Part shown: positions 1 to 13,861 of the stretch, piece by piece
Position numbering within the stretch: the first letter of the stretch is position 1
Layout of the letters: each line of letters starts with the position of its first letter
NCBI RefSeq assembly: GCF_009914755.1
Contig: NC_060927.1
Strand: one strand, 5' to 3'
Origin: the human T2T-CHM13v2.0 reference genome, Homo sapiens
DNA length: 64,000 nucleotides
Program-made: the position numbers and the translations under genes
The notes under the pieces: model-generated
Databases searched by the model: none
Told to the model about the DNA's origin: nothing
The model's input: the letters and a program-made list of their open reading frames with translations, nothing else

Positions 1-811
1 AATGTAGATTCTACTTGTCCTACATACAAGAGATCAAAAAATGAACTCAAAAAAATGAAAACCTGCGTCATCTGTAATCCTATCTCCTGAAATACACACA
101 GTTAATTGTTCTTAGCATTTGGCAACTGTTCTTCCAGCCTTTTATAAATATAATTGTTTTTATAAATATAGTATATCATTACATGATTTACAGAAATAAG
201 AGAGAGACATAAAATGCAGTAATTGGAGAATAAAGTCAGAAAGGAAAAGATCAGGATAGGACCAAGAACTTGAAATGTGACTAAAACAAAAATAAAAAAT
301 ATTTAGGCCACCTACTTCAGGTGGGATGCAAATTTTTTCAAAGCCTTCTGCCAGTCAAACTGAAAGGGAACTGTTATATATTCCAAAACTTCATTTAAAA
401 AAATTTTTTCAGGAAAATGGAATTATACGTCTCTCCATTGTACTTAACATATGTTTAATACAGGCCTATAATATACATATTAATATGTTTCAAAATACTT
501 GTCCTTTTCGGAAACACCTAATTGGGATGCAGCAAGAAATAAGCTTGTCAATAGAAAAAAAAAGTAAATTATTCTATGGTCCAGAATGTTTTACTTTCAA
601 TTTAAGAATCTGCCATCAGTTCAAAAGTGGAAAATTTTCTCATTTTTCTAAGAACGTGCAGAATACATCTACAATGTAGTGGAACTTCTAAGGGTTTGTA
701 AATTTAAATGTCTATACAAAAGCCAGGCAGGAATCATAAATGATTGACTCTGAATCTGGCTTAAAACAATGGGATAGGGATTGCAGTGAATTCAAGAGTA
801 GAAGCCCTGAC

Positions 812-842
<31 letters not shown>

Positions 843-1809
843 GTATGTATTTAGGTATGCATACTTTATGCATAAAGTATATGCATACTTTAATGTTTGA
901 CCTATTTGCTGGTCATACAAATTACATTTGCTTTTGGGGATCCACCTGTATGCAATCTGTATATACTTGGCTGTTGATTTTCTTTTAAGGTCTTTGCCTA
1001 TCACTATCATCAACAAACATAATTCATTAATGCTGTTGCATGTGGAGCACTGTCCTGGTTACCAAATAATGCAGCTAACATAAGACACATCATATGTACT
1101 CTAGAGACATCATCACTTCATGCTTCATAAAAGTAATGCATGTTCAGAGAATTCAGAGGCTTTCTAAGTTTTAAGATATGAAAAACCTTTATAGATTTCA
1201 TATTGGAAAAGCAGTAATAAGTATTATTTCCACTTGAAACCAGATTTTAGCTGTTAGAATAGATTTGGGGGTTTATTCTTGAGTAGAAAAGCAACAAAGA
1301 TCATATATTTTAACCACCTGCATTTAAAAGTGGCAAAACCGATATGGAAAGTGGTAAAATAAGTAATTTAAGATGCACCAAGTAAATGGAAATATTACCT
1401 GCACTGTAGGATCTCTGGATTGTACTGTTGTCCATATTATGTTCTTAACATAGTTCTAAAGCATGTGTAACATCTATCTATAGTGAATTAGAACTAAATA
1501 CTAAATCAAGGGATAGCTAATTTCCAAGTTTTTCAAGAATAGAATTGATACTACATTGATTTTTATTAAAATATGTATCAACTCCATGTTATATGAATTA
1601 AAGAAACACTATCGAAAAGAACAGAATAAGCAAAACCATTTCTGTTATATGTTCTTTTACTTTTAATTTTTAAATTAATATACAGCAAAATGACCATATT
1701 ATGTACATTTGTATGAATTTTGCTACATGCTTAAATTTGTATAACTACTACCACCATCAGGACACAGAACATCTCATCAACCCCCAAACTCCCTTGCGCC
1801 ACCTCTTTC

Positions 1810-2171
1810 TTTCTTTCTTTTTTTTTCTGTCATCAGGGTTCAGTTATATCTTTTATTACTTTTGATTCTACTGCAAGATCTAAAATTTAAGCCAGCATAA
1901 ATGAGAAAAAGAAAGAGAAGGGAGTGATCTAATAGGGGAAAATGGAAATATCACAAACTAATATGAAGAAAGGATATGTTTCAACATGATAGAGTGTCAG
2001 TATTAACTGCCTATATTAATAAAGTTACAACTTTCTCCACACTCTATATAATTTCATCGTTTTTCAGTAAGTCAGAAAATTTCTAAGGCAGTTCACAAAG
2101 CATGTGTTTCTGAAATTATTGATTTTGTATTTTCTGTAAAGCCCCACATTGCTCTTGTGTGATCTGAACAG
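1810..2171 (-). other. Retroposed non-repeat mRNA 3'-end fragment (orphan transduction or 5'-truncated processed pseudogene)
   Basis: T-rich tail 1810-1826; TTTATT (AATAAA on minus) at ~1852-1857; 14-bp TSD GCGCCACCTCTTTC (1796-1809) / GCACCACCTCTTTC (2172-2185). Confidence 0.75.
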
Positions 2172-2981
2172 GCACCACCTCTTTCAACCACACTCTCTCC
2201 TCACTCTCAACCCCTGGTAAACACTGAGTTTTTTCTCTTGTCACTATAATTTTATCTTTTAGGAATGTTATATACTATGATTTGTTTATTCATTCACTCA
2301 TTGAAGAAATGCTTTCTGCTTTGGTGACTATAAATACGATTGCTATAAAGAGTGGTGCATAGGTGTTTATGTGAGCATACGTTTCCATTTCTCTAGGGTA
2401 AACTCCGAGGAGTGGAATTGCTGGGTCATATGAGTGTAATATTATAGAACACTGTCAAACTATTTGCCAGAGTGGCTGCATCATTTGGCACTCTCACCAA
2501 CAGTATGTAAGAGTTTTAGTAACTCTACATCCTTGCCAGTCCCTGGTGGTGTCAGGTTTGGGCTTTTCAATTAAAAAAATAATAATAATAATTATATGTA
2601 TGTAGTGGTATCACATTGCAGTTTTATTTTGTATTTTCCTAATGACACTGAACATTTTTCATATGTTCATTAGCCTGCCATATGTCCTCTTTGGTGAAAA
2701 GTTTGTTCAGATAATTTGCCCACTTTTTAATCGGGCTGTTTGATTTCTTACTGATAAGTTTTAAGTGACCTTCTTATATTTTGGATACAAGTCATTTGTC
2801 TTATGTGTGATTTGCAGAAATCTCCCAGACTGTAACTTGTCCTTTCATTCTCTTAAAGTAGTGCCTTTAGCAGAATAAAAGTTAATTTTCATAGTCAAAT
2901 TTATCTTTTTTTTCTTTTAAAGAACATGCTTTTAGTGTCATGGCTAAGCATTCTTTACCTAATCACAGTACAGGAAGATTT

Positions 2982-3143
2982 CTTTTTCTTTCCTTTTTTT
3001 CTTTTTTTTTGAGACAGTCTTGCTCTGTTGCCCAGGCTGGAGTGCAGTGAGCAATCTCAGCTCACCACAAACTCCGCCTCCCGGATTCTCCTGAGTAGCT
3101 GAGACTATAGGCATGCACCAACACACCTGGCTAATTTTTTTTT

Positions 3144-3194
<51 letters not shown>

Positions 3195-3318
3195 TTTTAG
3201 TAGAAACAGGGTTTTGCTATGTTGGCCAGCCTGGTCTCAAACTCCTGGCCTAAAGTAATCCGTCCTCCTCAGCCTCCCAAAGGGCTGGGATTACAGGCGT
3301 GAGCTACTGCACCTGGCC
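2982..3318 (-). mobile_element. Alu (old J/S type) with internal deletions and a (TG)n expansion in the linker
   Basis: Reverse Alu arms, T-rich tail, short GAAGATTTC direct repeat on both flanks. Confidence 0.93.
3144..3192. repeat. (TG)n microsatellite inside the Alu linker
   Basis: About 24 GT units with one TT interruption. Confidence 0.95.
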
Positions 3319-3798
3319 CATGAAGATTTCATTTCTCAAAAGAAAACATACTTTCTTTAAAAAGTTTTACAGTTTTATATTTAACATTTAGATCTATGAT
3401 TCATTTTGAGTTATTTTACATAAAATAGGTGAGTTTTAAGTCAAGGTCTTATTACATATGGATGTCAAATTGTTTCAACATTATTTGTTGAAAATACTTG
3501 ATTTGCCTATGTTCCTTTCTCAAATATTCTTTGGCTATGTTATGTTGGGCCTATTTCCAGAGTCTGTTCTGTTCCATTGATGTATACATCACTGATCTAT
3601 ACATCATACTGCTTTGATTACCCCTGATTTACAGTAAGTCTCAAAAAAGAACAATGTGATCTGTTTAATTTTTATTTTTGTTTTTCAAAATTACTTTGGC
3701 TACTCTGATACCTATGGTTTTCCACATAAATTTTAAATTGTTTGTTTATATCTATTTTTAAAATCCTAACATTTTAATTGCGTTAAATCTATAGATCA

Positions 3799-4101
3799 GG
3801 CTGGGCATGGTGGCTCACACCTGTAATCCCACCATTTTGAGAGGCTGAGGCAGGCGAATTTCTTGAGTCCAGGAGTTTGAGACCAGCCTACCCAACATGT
3901 CGAAACCCTATCTTTACAGAAAATAGAAAAATTAGCCAGGTATAGTGGTATGCCCCTGTAGTCTCAGCTACCTGGGAGGCTGAGATGAGAGGATCACCTG
4001 AGCCCAGGGAGATTCAAGCTGCAGTGAGCCATGATTGTGCCACTACACTCCAGCCTGGGAGACAAAGTGAGACCCTGTCTCAAATAATAAAATAAAATAA
4101 A
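3799..4101 (+). mobile_element. AluJ-type SINE
   Basis: GGCTGGGCATGGTGGCTCAC...GAGACCCTGTCTC, (AAAAT)n tail, ATCTATAGATC on both flanks. Confidence 0.92.
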
Positions 4102-4847
4102 GTATCTATAGATCTGGGGAGAAGTGATAGCACTACCAGGTTGTGAGGTTGTGTTTTCCAATTCATGAACATAGTATGTATCTCCATTTACTTAGGTAAT
4201 TTTTTCATCAGCATCTTGTAATTTTTACCATTTAGACCCAATGCATTCTTTGTTACATTCATTTATAAGACTTCATTTGTGGGAGAGAGAGAGAGTATTG
4301 TAAATTTTACTTTTAAATTTGTGTTTAATAATATATGTCTATAAAATATGATTGAGTTTTGTGTGATGAACCTGTATCCAGGAACCTAGATCAATACATT
4401 TCTCAATTTTTAGGAGGGTTTTATGGGTTCCTTAGAATTTTCTATTAATATTTAGGATATCAAGATGTCTGAAAATAGGGACAGTTTTATTTATTCCTTT
4501 CCATTTTGCATGCCTTTTCACTCTTTCTCTTTCCTTATTGCATTAGTTAGGCTGTCTAGTAAAATGTTGAATAGGATAAGTTAGAGTGGATATCCTTACC
4601 TTGTTCCCAATCTGAAGAGAAAAGCAATTAATTTGTCACCATTAAGTATGATGTTAGATGTAGATTTTTTTGTATGTGCCTTTACCACATTGAAGAAGGT
4701 CCCTTCTATTCCTAATTTGCTGAAGACTTATTATGAATGAATTTTCTTAAATGCTTTTTCTGCACTGATGAGATAATCAGGTAATTCTACTTCTTAGACT
4801 GTTAATTTGATGGATTACATTTATTTATTTATTTTATTTATTATTAA

Positions 4848-5146
4848 TATTATTATTATTATTTTGAGATGGAGTCTCGCTCTGTCACCCGGGCTGGAGT
4901 GGAATGGTGCAGTATTGGCTCACTGCAACCTCCGCCTCCCAGGTTCAAGTGATTCTCCTGCCTCAGCCTCCTGAGTAGCTGGGATTACAGGCGTGTGCCA
5001 CCATGCCCAGCTAATTTTTTGTATTTTTAGTAGAGACAGGGTTTCACCGTGTTAGCCAGGATGGTCTCAATCTCCTGACCTCGTGATCCACCAGCCTCGG
5101 CCTCCCAGAGTGCTGGGATTACAGGTGTGAGCCACCATGCCGGGCC
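4848..5146 (-). mobile_element. AluSc-like SINE inserted in the tail of an L1PA
   Basis: Full reverse Alu with GACCTCGTGATCC signature, (TAT)n on both sides. Confidence 0.92.
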
Positions 5147-5189
<43 letters not shown>

Positions 5190-6600
5190 CTTTAAGTTCT
5201 AGGGTACATGTGCACAACGTGCAGATTTGTTACATAGGTATACATGTGCCATGTTGGTTTGTTGCACCCATTAACTCGTCATTTATATTACATATTTCTC
5301 CTAATGCTATCCCTTCCCCTACCCCCCAGCCCATGACAGGCCCCTGAGTGTGATGTTCCCCGCCCTGTGTCCAAGTGTTCCCATTGTGCAATTCCCACTT
5401 ACGAGTGAGATCATGCGATGTTTGGTTTTCTGTCCTTGTGATAGTTGGCTCAGAATGATGGTTTCCAGCTTCATCCATGTCCCTGCAAAGGACATGAACT
5501 CATCGTTTTTATGGCTGCATAGTATTCTATGATGTATATGTGCCACATTTTCTTAATCCAGTCTATCATTGATGGACATTTGGGTTGGTTCCAAGTCTTT
5601 GCTATTGTGACTATTGCCTCAATAAACATAACGTGTGCATGTTTCTTTATAGTAGCATGATTTATAATCCTTTGGGTATATACGCAGTAATGGGATTGCT
5701 GGGTCAAATGTTATTTCTAGTTCTAGATCCTTGAGGAATCGCCACATTGTCTTCCAAAATCATTGAACTAGTTTACACTCTCATCAACACTGTAAAAGTG
5801 TTCCTATTTCTCCACATCCTCTCCAGCATCTGCTGTTTCCTGCCTTTTTAATGATCACCATTCTAACTGGTGTGAGATGGTATCTCATTGCGGTTTTGAT
5901 TCGCATTTCTCTGATGACCAGTGATGATGAGCATTTTTTCTGTCTGTTGGCTGCATAAATGTCTTCTTTTGAGAAGTTTCTGTTCATATCCTTTGCCCAC
6001 TTTTTGATGGGGTTGTTTGATTTTTTTCTTGTAAATTTCTTTAACTTCTTTGTAGATTCTGGATATTAGTCCTTTGCCAGAACGGTAGATTGAAAAAATT
6101 TTCTCCCATTCGGTAGGTTGCCTGTTCACTCTGATGGTAATTTCTTTTGCTGTGCAGAAGCTCTTTAGTTTAATTGGATCCCATCTGTCAATTTTGGCTT
6201 TTGTTGCCATTGCTTTTGGTGTTTTAGTCATGAAGTCCTTACCTATGCCTATGTCCTGAATGGTATTGCCTAGGTTTTCTTCTAGGGTTTTTATGGTTTT
6301 AGGTCGAAAATTTAAGATTTTAATCCATCTTGAATTAATTTTTGTATAAGGCATAAGGAAGGGACCCAGTTTCAGCTTTCTACATATGGCTAGCCAGTTT
6401 TCCCAGCACCATTTATTAAATAGGGCATCCTTTCCCCATTTCTTGTTTTTGTCAGGTTTGACAAGGATCAGATGGTTGTAGATGTGTGATGTTATTTCTG
6501 AGGCCTCTGTTCTGTTCCTTTGGTCTATCTTCTGTTTTGGTACCAGTACCATGCTGTTATGGTTACTGTAGCCTTGTAGTATAGTTTGAAATCAGGTAGC
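5147..6600 (-). mobile_element. 5'-truncated L1PA (PA6-8-like): ORF2 C-terminus and 3'UTR
   Basis: ORF 5863-6552 contains [17 protein letters not shown] and [10 protein letters not shown] (L1 ORF2); primate L1 3'UTR; (TAT)n-converted tail at 5147-5188. Confidence 0.96.
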
Positions 6601-6891
6601 ATTTAAGACACAGTTTTGTTCTTGTTGCCCAGGTTGGAGTGCAGTGGCACAATCTTGGCTAACAGCAACCTCCGCCTCCTGGGTTCAAGTGATTCTCATG
6701 CTTCAGCCTCCCAAGTAGCTGAGATTATACAGGCACCCGCCACCACGCCCAGGTAATTTTTTTGTATTTTTAGTAGAGACAGAGTTTCACCATGTTGGCC
6801 AGGCTGGTCTCAAAATCCTGACTTCAGGTGGTCCGCCAGCCTCGGCCTCCCAAAGTCCTGGGATTACAGGCATGAGCCACTGCTCCCAGCC
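6601..6891 (-). mobile_element. AluS (Sq/Sp/Sx-like) SINE
   Basis: Reverse Alu body directly abutting the L1PA 5' end. Confidence 0.92.
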
Positions 6892-6955
6892 AAATTACAC
6901 TGATTTATTTCTGAATACTGAACTGGCCTTGCATTCCTGGAATAAACCCTATTTA

Positions 6956-7160
6956 GATATATAATTTATATATATCTATATAAATCATATATATATATAA
7001 ATTATATCTTATATATGTAATATATATCTATATATATCTATATCTATATATTATCTATATCTATATATAAAATATATCTTATATATATCTATATAAATTA
7101 TATATCTAAATAATATATATCTATATTATTTATATGTGTATATATGTGTGTATATATATA
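6956..7160. repeat. (TA)n-rich low-complexity repeat
   Basis: Degenerate TATATA/TATCTA array. Confidence 0.9.
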
Positions 7161-8077
7161 TTGCTGCATTAAGTATGTTTATGTCTATGTTCATGAGGGA
7201 TATTAGTCTGTAATTTTTTTGTCTTCTGTATTTGTCTGATTTTGCAATCAGGTGAGGCACACCTGATTCTTATCAGGTGTTTCATAAAATGAGTTGTGAT
7301 GTGTTTCTTTTTCTTAAGCATTATGGAAAAGACTGTGTAGAGTTAGTGTTATTTCTTATTTAAATGTTTGGTAGAATTTGTGAGTGAAATCATCTGGGCC
7401 TACAGATTTCTTTGTTGGAAAGTTTTTAACTAAGAATACAATTTCTTTCATTTTTATTGGACTATGTCTATTATACGTTTCATCTTGGGCAAATTTTGGT
7501 GGTTTGCAATTTTTGCGGAATTGGTTCTTTTCATCTAATTTGTCAAATTTATATGTGTAGGGTTGCCTGTAGTAACCCTTTATTTCCCTTTTAATATCTA
7601 TTTGGTCTGTAGTAATATTTTCCTTTTTAATTCTCAATATTGGTAATTTGTGTCTTCTCTAATTTATGAATTATGTAGATACATATTGTTGACTTTCCAA
7701 GTATTTGGACATTTTCTTTTATCTTTTATCTTCTTTTTTGATTTCAAGTCTAATTCCATATGATTAAAGGACATATTTTGATCTCATTTTTTTAAGTTGT
7801 TAAGGTTTATTTTAAACCCAAGATATGGTGTATTTTAATGAGTATCCATGTGCACTTAAAAAGAATACATATTCTGTTATGTTTGAATGAACTGTCCTAT
7901 AAATATCAATAAGATCTAGTTGATCATCTGGAAAATGGTCTGGTTCACTTTTCTATACTTGCTGATTTTCTGTCTCAGAAAAACATGTTGGAGTTTCAAA
8001 CTATAATTATAGATTTATTGATTTCTTCTTTCAGGTCTGTGAGTTTTTGCCTCAACAGAATTTAGAAGTTCTATTGT

Positions 8078-8995
8078 CAGAACTGTGCATTCAACAAAGG
8101 ACTAATATACAGAACCTACAAGGAACTCAAACAACTTAACAAATAAAAGCAACTAACCACTTTAAAAAGTGGGAAAAGAACATGAACAGTCATTTCTCAA
8201 AAGAAAACATACTAGCAGCCAGCAAACATGTAAACAACTACCCATCACTTATTATTAGAGAAATGCAAATTAAAACTACAATGAGATACCATCTCACACT
8301 AGTCAGAATAATTACTACTAAAAAGTCAAAAAACAACAGATGTTGGTAAGGATGCAGAGAAAACGCTTATACACTGTTGATGAGAATGTAAATTAGCACA
8401 ACATTTATGGAAAACAGTATGGAGACTTCTCACAAAACTAAAAATAAAACTACCATTTGACCCAGCAACCCCACTACCAGGTACCTAGCCAAAGAAAAAG
8501 AAATCGTTAAATCAAAAAGACATCTGCACTCGTATATTCATAGCAGCACTATTCACAATACAAAGGTCATGGAATTAACCTAAGTGTCCATCAGTGGATG
8601 ACTGGATAAAGTGTATGTGGTATGTATACAGCATGGAATACTATGCAGCCATGAAAAAGAATTAAATTAGTTTTTTGCAGCAACATGGATGGAGCTGAAG
8701 GTCATTTTCCTATGTGAAACAACTCAGAAACAGAAAATCTAATACTGCATGTTCTCACTTAAAAGTGGGGACTAAATAGTGGGTACATATGGATGTATAA
8801 AGGGAAATAATAGACACTGGTGACTCCTAAAGCAGGGAGGATGAGAGGAGGTAAGGGCTGAAAAATTACCTATTGAGTACAATGTTCACTAATTGAGTGA
8901 TGGGTACAATGGAAGCCTAAACCCCACCACTGCGATATATCCATGTAACAAACCTGCACATACCACCTGAATCTATAAAGATTCTAAAAAATTTT
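8078..8995 (+). mobile_element. L1PB-type 3' fragment
   Basis: ORF2 C-terminal DNA motifs (ATGAGATACCATCTCACAC, CCATTTGACCCAGCAA) followed by an L1PB-like 3'UTR. Confidence 0.88.
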
Positions 8996-9440
8996 AAAAT
9001 AAGTTATGTTATTAAATGAACTCACATTTAATACTGCTATAGCTTGTTCAACTGACATTTCTATCATTATGTAATGCCTCTCTTTATTGCTGGTAATTTC
9101 TTTGCCCTGATATTACTTTATCTGATATTAAATTACTCAGCTATCTTTTGATAAATGTTTGAATAGTATATCTTTTCTCTTTTCTTTTACTTTTACTCAA
9201 CCTATATTATCACATTTAATTGTCAACCCAGAGTCTTATAGAGTAATATTCAAAATGTTCTGTATACAATCCAAAATTATTCACCATGTGAAAAACCAGA
9301 AATATCTCAACTCAAAAAGAGAAATACATTACCTGAAGTGATAAACAACCCAATTTTCCTGATTTTATCATCATACATTGTATACTTGTGTCACATGTAC
9401 CCAATTAATACTTATAAATGTTATGTACCCATAAAAATTA

Positions 9441-9890
<450 letters not shown>

Positions 9891-12089
9891 TTAAAATAAA
9901 TATAAGAAAGAAAATAATAATGAGATATTAAAGTTTTAGAAGAGTTAACGAGCATGGTAACTTTAAGTTTGGTTTAGGAATAATCTGGTTTAGAAGTGGA
10001 AAAGTGGACAAGATAAATGCATCTCCTCTCCCTTTAGTTCCAGAATTATGGAACTCATTATTTTATCTCATTAACAATGAGATAAAAATTTTAATACTGT
10101 TCAAGATGGTGCAATATTTTTCTACATGTTGAAAGGGAGATATATGGAATATATACATACCACAATGAAACATTATTTTTAGACCCCTCTGAAATTTTAC
10201 ATTTTGGAGGTTCAAGAGACATTTGAGAATTTTATGAAAACCTTGTATTTCATTGCCAAAGAAAATAAAAAATATATATACCAATACCAAAATGTTCAAA
10301 ATGTATAGACCCACTTCAGGAATCCATAGGTCGTGTATTGAGAATTCTCGATTTGATCATTGCCACTCAGATTTATTTTTTCCTAATGTTTTATTTAACC
10401 TATATTCTAGTGAAATAACTAAATTGCACATTAATTCCCATTCAAAATACAACTTTATTAAACTAAATAAAATTCAGCCACATGGCAAATGTGTTCTAGA
10501 AAAGAGTGATCATTTAAAAAGTTCACATATTTTATGTGATTTTCTTAATTGTTTTTCAATTATCTAAGTTAGATATTTCTTTCAATAGAGAAAATTCTTT
10601 TGTAATATCAATGAAATGTTCAAAAAAGGAATAATATATTATTTCTACAAAGAAATACTGGAAAAATTCAAAAGGTAAAAAGTCATACAAACCAAACAAT
10701 ATCTTTCATTTTGTTGAAGAGTAAATAAAAATTAAAATTAGAAATACAATATGAATGAATTCAATAACAGTAATACCTTTCAAATATGTGGAATTTGATG
10801 GGGCCATAACAGCATTCAGGAGTGATCTTTAGAACCAAAATACTTATTTTAGGAAAGAGGAAATAAATAAGCCAGAGAAAAAAGAAGTAGAAGATATTGA
10901 TAAAGGCAAATTTAAAGGGCAATGATCTGATTCTGATGAGAAAAGCAATAAGAGCAGGAAGCAGCTCGCTCCCCCAGGATCCAGCAAGGCAGAGTCAGAA
11001 GAGCACCTCAGGGACCAGAGTGTGTACAAACATGACCTGACCAGGCAGAAGGAAGGAGCAAAGAAGGAGGAGAAATTACAGAAGTCAGAGAGCAAGATGA
11101 GGGTTTGGGATTTTTGTCAGGAGTTTCAGTGGGAAACTCTAGAAGGAAGGAAAAATGTCTCAATAGACTTTTAGAAATTTTTTGTTTGTTAGTTTTAAGG
11201 GCTATATATAATATCCACCGTGCCCTTTCATTGATAAAGAGCTATAATCTTAGGTCATCTGAAGCCAGCTCATTATTTCTTTGAATATAATATAGATGGA
11301 CACCAAGTTTTAGGAAGTCTAGGTTTAGATATAGATGTACATGACTGGATGAAGAACTGCTAAGATACTCACCAAACTTAACACTGCAGTGATTAAACTC
11401 TGAAAAAGAGGATTAAAGTAGGCGAGGTGGTAGGTGAAACAGAAGAGATTCCTTATTTTACTCTTAACACTACACTATTCTTTAGACCTTTTACAATTAC
11501 TATATATACACACATATATATATTTATTTATATAATTTTTAAATAAAGTGAATTTTAGCATTGTTTTTCAAAAAGTAATAAAATTTTTTCACTTCCCATT
11601 AGAGGTTTATAGAGTTAGTTCCTCCATATATCATTACAAAATTTGCTCAGTGTCCATATGTCATTCAATTATTTATTTATGCACTCCAATACAAAACTAC
11701 AGTCTTGGTTCACAAGAAGATCACTTCATTGAGGAAACAGGAAATAAGGGGGTGCTTTGTTTTTATTTTTGTTTGGGGTGTGTTTTTTTAAATAGTCTAG
11801 TAGCATGTGCATGACATAATGGAAAATCTATATGAAGATTTAGAAAAGACATATTTGGTTCAGAATGCTATGGCTTGCTGTCATCCTTGTGGAAAACTTA
11901 ATAGAGAAATTCTCTTGGACAGGGAGAAGGAAGAAAATTTGCTTAGAGAGAAAGGTGATAGAGATATTTGAAGGCAGGGAAGAAAATTATAGTAGACCAA
12001 CCCAACTAGATTAGAAGCCCCATGGGAGGCCTAGGTTAGAAAATGAGGGTGAAAGTCGAGTGGGAAGAAGTTTTTGCCTTATTGGAAGA

Positions 12090-12810
12090 TACACAATGTA
12101 GAAGTTAAGAGCTGTGGCTCTGGGGTTCCACAGACCAGAGTTCTTTTGTTTTTGTTTGTTTGCTTGGTTGGTTGCTTGGTTGGTTTTATTTTAAGTTCCT
12201 GGATACATGTGCAGAACATGCAGTTTGTTACATAGGTAAACATGTGCCATGGTGGTTTGCTGCACCAATCAACCCGTCACCTAGGTATTAAGCACTGCAT
12301 GCATTAGCTATTTGTCCTGATGCTCTCCCTCCCCTTGCCCCACTGACAGGCCCCAGTATGTGTTGTTCCCCTCTCTGTGTCCATGTGTTCTCATTGTTCA
12401 GTTCCCAATTATGAGTGAGAACATGCAGTGTTTGGTTTTCTGTTCCTGTTTTAGTTTGCTGAGGATGTTGGCTTCCAGCTTCACCCATGTTCCTGCAAAA
12501 AAACACGATCTCATTCCTTTTTATGTCTGTATAGTATTCCATGGTGTATATGTACTACATTTTCTCTATCCAGTCTATCATTCACAGGCATTTGGGTTTG
12601 TTCCATGCCACAGACCAGAGTTTCTAATGCCACTCACCCCTCTATGGGCTAGGGCAGAGATCTCAACCTCCCTAATCCTCAAGAAAATGAAGATAATAGT
12701 AATACTAACCTCATAGAATTATCATAAAGATTAACATGAAAAGTACTTAAAGTACTTGGTAAAGTGATATGCAGTGACTTGAAAATGTGCATTATCTTTC
12801 ACTATTATTG
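12090..12810 (+). mobile_element. MIR split by an L1PA insertion
   Basis: GTTAAGAGC...GGCTCTGG MIR head; AAAATGAAGATAATAGTAATACTAACCTCATAG MIR core after the insertion. Confidence 0.65.
12143..12607 (-). mobile_element. Short L1PA (PA8-10-like) 3' fragment
   Basis: Reverse L1 3'UTR; perfect 15-bp TSD CCACAGACCAGAGTT at 12128-12142 and 12608-12622. Confidence 0.93.
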
Positions 12811-13482
12811 TTGCATGCATGGAGTTTACATATTGTCGAATCAGCCAGCATTTTTCAAGTTGTATTTTACAGAACACTAATTTTTAGGTATTAAATGGTT
12901 TCTACTCAAAGAGGAGAGCTCCTTAGGCAGAACATCTTGAGAAAATCTGAGTTGAACATTGTTACTAGAAACTTTAATTTGCTTGTAAGTGTTTCAGACA
13001 GCATATCCAAAACTTGTTTTGGAGATTTTGTTCTAGAGAAATTATGTTTCTCAGGGCACTTTTTGGAATATTCTACACTGGGAACATGCTAACTGCAATG
13101 AGAAAATATTGCAAGTCTTTAATCAGTAAAGTAGCATGAGGTGGAAAACAGTGTTCCTTTAGTTCTTGTTATCTTATACAGTTAGAAAATCAAAGCAAGA
13201 TAAGTGAGAAGGATTTTGCAATAAGCCTGGCATTAAAAATCAAGAGCCTGGACTGACAGTATCTACCAGAGATTGTAAATAAAGGGACGCATACAAAACA
13301 ACAAAGAGAAATGTATGCAGAACTTGGTGAATGGGTGGGGCAGGCATGAGGGGAAAAGAGGGTCAGGTAGAGTCAAAGACAATAACATAATTTCTACTCA
13401 AAGAAACTAGAAGAATGAGAATGCTATTGATAGAAAGAGGAAACTAAGAAAAACGAGATAACATTTTAAAAATGATATAAAG

Positions 13483-13861
<379 letters not shown>

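Larger units (their letters stand above)
1660..9220 (-). mobile_element. Ancient L1M (L1MC/MD-like) LINE, 3' end plus ORF2 remnants, split by many younger insertions
   Basis: Reverse-strand L1 3'UTR-like sequence from ~1660; ORF 7356-7637 (ITTD..IKR.I..YY.Q.Y..KFD.LDE...K.S.GPD.FT..FYQTFK) is L1 ORF2; L1 sequence resumes after each insertion. Confidence 0.8.

Noticed and set aside
326-679. 117-aa plus-strand ORF
   Set aside because: AT-rich chance ORF with no recognisable domain or exon structure
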